Of a DNA stretch of 5,275 nt, positions 1-4,859 are shown one piece after another (position 1 is the stretch's first letter; every line of letters starts with the position of its first letter). Origin of the DNA: an archaeon (GTDB lineage: Archaea; Iainarchaeota; Iainarchaeia; Iainarchaeales; CSSED10-239); the NCBI GenBank assembly GCA_035387745.1, contig DAOOON010000038.1:1-5275 (forward strand), given 5' to 3'. Position numbers and translations under genes: made by a program. Under the pieces are notes generated by a model. It was not told the origin of the DNA, did not search any database, and worked only from the letters and a program-made list of their open reading frames with translations.

Positions 1-134
1 CATACAAGAAAAAGATAGATATTCACAAGTATGCTAAAGACCCAAAGCACAAAGAACTAAGAAGGGCAATTGAGTTCTTTGAAAGACAGAAAAATAAAAA
101 TTCAGAGAAAATTACAAAGAAAAAAAAAAGGTGA
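1..134 (+). CDS. Possible 3' end of an upstream gene cut by the window edge; product unknown
   Basis: Frame 3 is open from position 3 to TGA at 132-134 and reads YKKKIDIHKYAKDPKHKELRRAIEFFERQKNKNSEKITKKKKR*. The stop lies inside the GGTGA ribosome-binding site of the next gene, a typical stop/SD/start operon junction. It is absent from the ORF track because it has no start codon in the window and is short. No family was recognised. Confidence 0.3.
   Translation, partial: YKKKIDIHKYAKDPKHKELRRAIEFFERQKNKNSEKITKKKKR
120..129 (+). repeat. A10 homopolymer at the junction between the edge ORF and the 139-624 gene
   Basis: Direct count gives g119, a120-a129, g130. It encodes the KKKK tail of the frame-3 edge ORF and sits immediately 5' of GGTGA (130-134). 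Confidence 0.9.
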
Positions 135-138
135 AAAT

Positions 139-624
139 ATGAGTATTACGCCGCAACAATTAAATCCAAAATTGTTTAATATAAAAGAGAAAGATGGACT
201 AACATTAATAACTCCAAAAAAGCAAGAGCTTTCTTCTGAGCAAATTGTTGTTTTTGCAGAACATAAAGGAAAAAAGTATTTAGCAATTGCTCCAAAAACA
301 GAAACGAAAGGATTAAATATTCATTTTAAATATAGAGAAATTGATTTACTTTCTTTTGTTCTAAACAGAATAAAAACAAGAAGTATAAAAGAAAAACCAG
401 AAATGTATCTTGGCACATTCTTTCAAAATCAAAGCAAAATAAATTGGCAGTCTAAACCACTTAATAAAGAAGCAGAAGCAGCAATAGTATTACATTTAAA
501 TAAAACTTTCGAGCAAGTAATTAAAAAAGCAAATGCAGAAAAAGTAAGATATGAAAAAGAATTTCAAAAAGAATTAAAAAAGAAAGCAGCAAAGATACCA
601 AAAAGACAACTAAGAAGACTATAG
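139..624 (+). CDS. Hypothetical protein, strongly basic and lysine-rich (161 aa), no recognisable family
   Basis: ATG at 139 is preceded by GGTGA (130-134) with a 4-nt spacer, and the stop is TAG at 622-624. The track's start at 70 is a TTG with no SD, so the ATG is preferred. By hand count the protein has about 28 K and 7 R against about 17 D/E, with a very basic C-terminal tail (KELKKKAAKIPKRQLRRL). Confidence 0.7.
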   Translation: MSITPQQLNPKLFNIKEKDGLTLITPKKQELSSEQIVVFAEHKGKKYLAIAPKTETKGLNIHFKYREIDLLSFVLNRIKTRSIKEKPEMYLGTFFQNQSKINWQSKPLNKEAEAAIVLHLNKTFEQVIKKANAEKVRYEKEFQKELKKKAAKIPKRQLRRL

Positions 625-645
625 TATATCAAAGTGAAAAACAAA

Positions 646-1407
646 ATGAAACAATACAGCTATGATGAGTCTAGTAAATATTATGATTTGCTAGAGACAA
701 GCGACAAGGAAAATAAAGAAAGAAATGATTTTCTTGAAAAAGCCTTTAAGAAATATAAAATTACTTCTGTTTTTGATTTGACTTGTGGAACTGGTGCTCA
801 AGCAATCTATTTTCTAAAGAAAGGCTATAGCGTTAAAGCCAGTGACTTTAGTAAAGGAATGGTGGATGTCGCTAATCTTAAGTTAAAAAAAGAAAATCTA
901 AAACAAAGATTTGTAAAAGGGGATATGCGAGATATTTCTTTTGGTAAAGCAGAAGCAGTTATAACAATGTTTAATGCTATTGGGCATCTTTCTAAAAAGG
1001 ATTTTATAAAAACTCTAGGAAATATTAAAGAGAATCTTAAACCAAAAGGCTACTATATCTTTGATATCTATAATCTCAAGGACATGCCAAGAGATCTGCC
1101 TTTAAAAAAGCACATAGATATTATTAAAGAAAAAGAAAACACAATATTAGTAAGATTCTGCGAAAATAAACTTAATCTTAAGACTGGTATTTTACACACA
1201 AAGCATGAACTTTTGATTCAGCATAATCTTGAAGGCTATAAAACCATTAAAAGCCATTGGGATATGCAACTTTACGACTTTAAAGAAATAAAAGGAATAC
1301 TTGAAAGAAACGACTTTAAAATTCTTGAAGTGTATGGTGGAGCAGACAGAAGTACCTTTAAAGACAAGACTAGCCAGAGCATCTACTTGATTACTCAAAA
1401 GCAATAG
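646..1407 (+). CDS. Class I SAM-dependent methyltransferase (Methyltransf_25-like small-molecule/protein/RNA type; substrate unknown)
   Basis: SAM-binding motif I is VFDLTCGTGAQ (nt 769-801), followed by the acidic loop KASDFS, then GDMRD and AVITMFNAIGHL (motif II/III region). The N-terminal YYDLL pattern is typical of this family. The start is ambiguous between GTG 634 (track) and ATG 646. I prefer ATG 646, which has a weak AGTGA 9 nt upstream. The stop is TAG at 1405-1407. Confidence 0.9.
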   Translation: MKQYSYDESSKYYDLLETSDKENKERNDFLEKAFKKYKITSVFDLTCGTGAQAIYFLKKGYSVKASDFSKGMVDVANLKLKKENLKQRFVKGDMRDISFGKAEAVITMFNAIGHLSKKDFIKTLGNIKENLKPKGYYIFDIYNLKDMPRDLPLKKHIDIIKEKENTILVRFCENKLNLKTGILHTKHELLIQHNLEGYKTIKSHWDMQLYDFKEIKGILERNDFKILEVYGGADRSTFKDKTSQSIYLITQKQ

Positions 1408-1536
1408 AAAATATTTTTAAATACTTCGCTGCTTTATATTTAAGAATGAAAAAATTAACCAAAAATTTATTTTTTGGAAATCGTCTCTTTCTTATCGAAG
1501 TTATTTTTTTCTGTCTATTTATAAGGGGGTAAAACT
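1408..1536 (+). promoter_or_regulatory. pyrBI upstream region with TATA-like boxes, two oligo-T tracts and a strong SD
   Basis: TATA-like TTTTTAAATA lies at 1414-1423 and TTTATATTTAA at 1433-1443. There is a T6 tract at 1470-1475 and a T7 tract at 1504-1510. GGGGGT at 1525-1530 sits 6 nt before the pyrB ATG. This is the only sizeable same-strand intergenic gap in the window (129 nt). Confidence 0.45.
1446..1532 (+). CDS. Candidate 28-codon upstream ORF (possible leader peptide) ending 4 nt before the pyrB start
   Basis: The ORF runs from ATG 1446 to TAA 1530-1532 and reads MKKLTKNLFFGNRLFLIEVIFFCLFIRG*. Its last codons (AGG GGG TAA) are the pyrB SD. It has no SD of its own, but the TATA-like box centred near 1419 would place a transcription start at about 1445, making it leaderless. 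It may simply be a chance ORF. Confidence 0.2.
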   Translation: MKKLTKNLFFGNRLFLIEVIFFCLFIRG

Positions 1537-2463
1537 ATGAAGGAAATAAAGCATATAATTTCTATACATGATCTTGAAAAAGAACAAATAAACTATATTC
1601 TAGAAAAAGCAAAAGATATAGAAGACTATCCAAACAAATATATAGATGCCTTAAAAGGAAAAGTAATTGCAAGTCTTTTCTTTGAGCCATCCACAAGAAC
1701 CAAGATGTCTTTTGAGACTGCTGTTAAGAAGCTTGGAGGAAACACAATAGGCTTTGAAGATATACAAAACACTTCTGCAAAAAAAGGCGAAACCTTTAGT
1801 GATGCAATTAAAGTTATAGCAGGGTATTCAGATTTAGTAGTCATGCGAACAAAGATTGAAGGGGCTTCTCGTCTTGCTTCTGAAATTGCAAACAAACCAA
1901 TAATCAATGGAGGAGACGGCACAAACCAGCATCCAACACAAACACTTCTGGATCTTTATACCATTAAGAAAGAAAAAGGAAAACTTGAAGGACTATCAAT
2001 TGGTTTTTTTGGAGACCTAAAGTATGGTAGAACAGTTCATTCTCTTGTTGAAGCAATATCTCTTTATAGTCCTAAGAAAATAAAATTTATAGCTGCTCCT
2101 CAGTTTCAGATTGGTAAAGAGTATCTTGAAATGCTTGACAGTAAAGGAATAAAGTATGAAATCTTAGAAGACGCAAAAGGGAACTTAAAAGACCTAGATA
2201 TCCTTTATGTAACAAGAACACAACTTGAAAGAATTGTTGAACCAATAGATATGGACCCATTAAAGAAGAAATACACAATCACTAAAGCACTTCTTGATGG
2301 AGAAAATAATCCTGGGCTTCTAGTCATGCATCCTTTGCCAAGAGTCTATGAGATAACAACTGATGTTGATGATACTCCACACAACATTTACTTTAAGCAA
2401 GCAGACAATGGAGTACCAGTTAGAGAAGCAATAATATGTATTCTTTTAAAGGTGATAAAATGA
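1537..2463 (+). CDS. pyrB: Aspartate carbamoyltransferase catalytic subunit
   Basis: The 308-aa protein carries the ATCase signatures FFEPSTRTK, TSAKKGE (the 80s loop Ser/Lys), VMR, NQHPTQTLLDLYT, GDLKYGRTVHS, YVTRTQLER and MHPLPRV. From memory it aligns end to end with E. coli and Methanocaldococcus PyrB. There is a strong SD upstream. Confidence 0.97.
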   Translation: MKEIKHIISIHDLEKEQINYILEKAKDIEDYPNKYIDALKGKVIASLFFEPSTRTKMSFETAVKKLGGNTIGFEDIQNTSAKKGETFSDAIKVIAGYSDLVVMRTKIEGASRLASEIANKPIINGGDGTNQHPTQTLLDLYTIKKEKGKLEGLSIGFFGDLKYGRTVHSLVEAISLYSPKKIKFIAAPQFQIGKEYLEMLDSKGIKYEILEDAKGNLKDLDILYVTRTQLERIVEPIDMDPLKKKYTITKALLDGENNPGLLVMHPLPRVYEITTDVDDTPHNIYFKQADNGVPVREAIICILLKVIK

Positions 2464-2903
2464 GTGAAAGAAAAGTAGGAACAATAAACAATGGAGTAGT
2501 AGTTGACCACATAACTCCAGGGAAAGGAACAGAGATTTCTAAAATCCTTGGCCTTGATTCTTTGGGAGAGTTTGTAGTTATTGCAAGTAATCTAGAAAGT
2601 AAGAAATCAGGAAAGAAAGACTTGATTAAAATTGAAGGAAAGGAATTAAGTCAAGAAGAGCTAAATAAGATTGCACTTATTTCAAAGGACTCAACAATAA
2701 ACATAATTAGAAACTCAAGTGTGTTTAAGAAATATCCAGTTGTAGTCCCTGACATTGTAGAAAATATTTTGATGTGCAACAATCCTTACTGTATAAGCAA
2801 TAACGAGAAAATTAGCAGTAAATTCTATTGCCTTGACAAAAGTAAAGTAACCCTAAAGTGCCATTACTGCGAAAAGAAACAAAATGAAATAAAGATAAAA
2901 TAA
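2460..2903 (+). CDS. pyrI: Aspartate carbamoyltransferase regulatory subunit
   Basis: ATG 2460 overlaps the pyrB TGA (2461-2463) as ATGA, and GGTGAT lies at 2451-2456. The N-terminal allosteric domain (GVVVDHI, KKDLIKIEG) and the C-terminal Zn domain with four Cys (CNNPYC ... CHYC) match PyrI. The track's start at 2436 adds 8 residues that lie inside pyrB and is not preferred. Confidence 0.95.
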   Translation: MSERKVGTINNGVVVDHITPGKGTEISKILGLDSLGEFVVIASNLESKKSGKKDLIKIEGKELSQEELNKIALISKDSTINIIRNSSVFKKYPVVVPDIVENILMCNNPYCISNNEKISSKFYCLDKSKVTLKCHYCEKKQNEIKIK

Positions 2904-2920
2904 TCTTTATTTCTTTTTAA
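2904..2920 (+). terminator. Candidate oligo-T (archaeal-type) termination signal for pyrBI, embedded in the 3' end of the convergent gene
   Basis: The sequence tctttatttcttttt lies directly after the pyrI TAA and includes a T5 tract at 2914-2918. No GC-rich hairpin is available. This call only holds if the host uses oligo-T termination. Confidence 0.25.
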
Positions 2921-3762
2921 CAATAATTAGCATATGACTTGAAATATCTGCTGCAGTTCTTGTTGTACAAAGTAAGTTGTGTGCTTCTAGCCAATTCTTT
3001 TGTATAGTCTTATCTTTTAATTCAGCAAATTCTTTCTCTTGAGCAGAAGCAAATCCTTCAAGGCCAACAGTTTCTAATAACTTTGTTTTATTTTTTGGAA
3101 ATAATTTTTCTAGTTCATCAACTGTAAAGAAATGGCAGAAAGATTTGTTTTTTTCAGAGCTTTTAATAGATCCCCAATTATAGTCGTCTCCATCTATTGA
3201 TAATCTTTTAAAATTAACAGTATCTTTAACTTCATTAGGCCATCTTTTTATTGCACTAAGAAGTATAGCATATTTTCCCATAACTGAAACAAATATTGGT
3301 GCATTCTTCTTTGCAACCCGTATAAGTTCATTAACTGCTTTTTGTCTATCTTTTTTTTTCAACATGAGATAATGGCCCTCCAAGGCAGATTACTGCATCA
3401 AAGGAATTGTCTTTAAATTGAGAGAGATTTACAATTGTTCCTTGTATAAAATCTTTAACTTTCTTTTCTTGTTTTGCTTCTTTAACTTTAATTTTTGCAA
3501 GTTCTACATTTCCTTTAGAATAATCTAAGAGAATAATATCATAACCTTTTTTTGCTAAGTCAACAGTATATCTTCCAGGACCAGCTCCTGCATCAAGTAT
3601 TAATCCTTTCTTTGGAAGATGTTTTTTAAGGAATATTTGAGTGGTATCCCATTCTAGTTTATGATATTTATCTCTTACAAGTCTATTCCACTCATATTCT
3701 GTAGATTTATCATAATAGTTTTCTACAGATTTTGTAACATTTTTAATTTTAGTAATTGTCAT
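2907..3762 (-). pseudogene. Class I SAM-dependent methyltransferase interrupted by one frameshift in an A9 run; would be 284 aa if one A were removed
   Basis: The N-terminal ORF (3346-3762) carries motif I ILDAGAGPGRY (nt 3568-3600), the acidic loop LLDYS and motif II DAVICLGGPLSH, then stops as HVEKKR*. The ORF at 2907-3383 continues in the +1 frame with KKKDRQKAVNELIRVAKKNAPIFVSVMG, the expected post-motif-II continuation. Removing one A from the run gives ...GGPLSHVEKKDRQKAVNELIRV... as a single frame. Confidence 0.8.
3351..3359. repeat. T9 (+ strand) / A9 (coding strand) homopolymer at the methyltransferase frameshift site
   Basis: Direct count gives c3350, t3351-t3359, c3360. Confidence 0.95.
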
Positions 3763-3833
3763 ATATAATCACAATTATTTATGAATCAATTATTTTATAA
3801 TATTATTTGTAATCTATATTATAGTGGTAAGTT
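3763..3833. promoter_or_regulatory. Divergent promoter region between the methyltransferase (-) and the DUF362 gene (+)
   Basis: This 71-nt AT-rich spacer holds a near-symmetric TATA-like element, tattttataatatta (3791-3805). It lies about 34 nt from the - strand ATG (3762) and about 38 nt from the + strand ATG (3834). CAATTATTT occurs twice (3772-3780 and 3787-3795), and ATTATTT occurs a third time at 3802-3808. Confidence 0.4.
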
Positions 3834-4856
3834 ATGTCAGAAATATATTTTAAAGCAATTAATAGTTATTCAAATACAGAAGAGATTAATAAAACTGTTC
3901 TTGAATTATTTAAAAAAATTAATCCAGGGTTTACAGGAAACTTAGCGATCAAAGTGCATTTTGGAGAAGAAGGAAACAAAACTTTTATTTCTCCAAAGAA
4001 TTATGAAAAACTAATCAATTATATTAAACTAAATAGAGGCAGTCCGGCTTACATTGAAACAAATGTTTTATACAAAAGCAAAAGAACCTCTAAAGATAGT
4101 CACATACAACTAGCAAGAGAACACGGCTTTACTAATCTTCCAATAATTATTGCAGATGGAGAAGTTGGAGAAGAGTTTATAGAAGTAGAAATTAATAAAA
4201 AGCATTTTCAGAAATGTAAAGTTGGAAAAGCCTATGGTGATTTTAATCAATTAATAGTTATTTCTCATTTTAAAGGACATGGACTTTCAGGTTTTGGTGG
4301 AGCAATAAAAAATCTAGGTATGGGTTTTGCTGCAAGAGCAGGAAAACTTGCAATGCATTCTAACTCTAAGCCAATTATTAATCCACTAAAATGTAAAAAA
4401 TGCCATCTCTGTGAACAGAATTGTCCTGTTAATGCTATAACTATTGGATTAATTCCTCACATTGACACAAAGAAATGTATTGGCTGTGCAAAATGTATTT
4501 CTATTTGTCCACATCATGCTTGTACTGTTAATTGGATATCTACTCTTCCAGGAACCTTTGAAGAAAAGCTTTGCGAGTATGCTTTAGCTGCAACAAAGGC
4601 AAACAAGGATGTTAAAATTATCTATATTAACTTTTTACTAAACATTACAGACAACTGCGACTGTATGTCTCACACAAAGATTGTGGCAAAAGACATAGGC
4701 ATTCTTGCAGGAACTGATCCTGTTGCTCTTGATAAAGCTTGTTATGATTTTTTAAACAAAAAAGAAAATAAAAAAATATTTGGTGGAGAAAAGACCTTTG
4801 ATTATGCAGAAAGCATTGGTCTTGGAACAAAAGAATATATCTTAAAAGAAATATAA
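3834..4856 (+). CDS. DUF362-family (COG2768-like) uncharacterised Fe-S protein with an inserted 2x[4Fe-4S] ferredoxin-type domain
   Basis: DUF362 hallmarks are present: LAIKVHFGEEGN, YIETNVLY, IIIADG, ISHFKGHGLSGFGGAIKNLGMG and the C-terminal NCDC (nt 4656-4664) followed by DIGILAGTDPVALD. Two CxxCxxCxxxCP motifs (CKKCHLCEQNCP and CIGCAKCISICP) span nt 4392-4523. Confidence 0.9.
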   Translation: MSEIYFKAINSYSNTEEINKTVLELFKKINPGFTGNLAIKVHFGEEGNKTFISPKNYEKLINYIKLNRGSPAYIETNVLYKSKRTSKDSHIQLAREHGFTNLPIIIADGEVGEEFIEVEINKKHFQKCKVGKAYGDFNQLIVISHFKGHGLSGFGGAIKNLGMGFAARAGKLAMHSNSKPIINPLKCKKCHLCEQNCPVNAITIGLIPHIDTKKCIGCAKCISICPHHACTVNWISTLPGTFEEKLCEYALAATKANKDVKIIYINFLLNITDNCDCMSHTKIVAKDIGILAGTDPVALDKACYDFLNKKENKKIFGGEKTFDYAESIGLGTKEYILKEI

Positions 4857-4859
4857 AAT

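Noticed and set aside
70-138. TTG-initiated 23-codon N-terminal extension of the basic protein
   Set aside because: The extension starts at a TTG with no SD. The internal ATG at 139 has GGTGA at ideal spacing, and the extension overlaps the probable end of the upstream gene.
1192-1404. 70-aa ORF antisense to the first methyltransferase
   Set aside because: It is a shadow ORF inside a well-supported CDS, with no recognisable motif or start context.
1459-1477. Hairpin CCAAAAA-tttat-TTTTTGG as a bacterial-type intrinsic terminator
   Set aside because: The stem is almost entirely A-U and very weak, and it is not followed by a separate U tract. It does not meet the criteria for a rho-independent terminator. 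It is kept only as part of the leader description.
1515-1524. TATA-like ctatttataa as the pyrB promoter
   Set aside because: It is centred only about 16 nt upstream of the pyrB ATG, which is too close for an archaeal TATA (about -26/-27). It would also exclude the strong GGGGGT SD from the transcript.
1680-1860. PyrB signature variants STRTK (versus STRTR) and VMRTK (versus VMRHP)
   Set aside because: From memory of the E. coli enzyme, the direct ligands all have counterparts here: Ser52, Thr53, Arg54, Thr55, Ser80, Lys84, Arg105, His134, Gln137, Arg167 and Arg229. The substitutions fall at neighbouring positions and are probably lineage variation, not loss or change of function. I could not verify this without an alignment.
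1626-1922. 98-aa ORF antisense to pyrB
   Set aside because: It lies entirely within, and opposite to, a confidently identified conserved gene. It has no SD or promoter, and its sequence is low-complexity and shadow-like. It is a typical antisense shadow ORF.
2087-2278. 63-aa ORF antisense to pyrB
   Set aside because: It is a shadow ORF inside pyrB.
2436-2459. Eight-codon N-terminal extension of pyrI (track start at 2436)
   Set aside because: It lies inside pyrB. The ATG at 2460 gives the canonical ATGA coupling, has GGTGAT upstream, and matches the N-terminus of known PyrI proteins.
3346-3362. A_AAA_AAA as a programmed -1 ribosomal frameshift site in the split methyltransferase
   Set aside because: A -1 shift enters the third frame, not the frame carrying the C-terminal half. 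Only a +1/-2 shift or a change of one A restores the protein. Read-through of the TAG also fails, because frame N hits TAA five codons later.
634-3762. The two methyltransferases as DNA modification enzymes of a restriction-modification or defence locus
   Set aside because: Neither protein contains a (D/N/S)PP(Y/F/W) motif or the C5 PCQ/ENV motifs. There is no adjacent nuclease, helicase or ATPase. Both resemble generic class I enzymes acting on small molecules, proteins or RNA.
4645-4830. 61-aa ORF antisense to the DUF362 gene
   Set aside because: It is a shadow ORF inside a well-supported CDS, and its composition is not protein-like.
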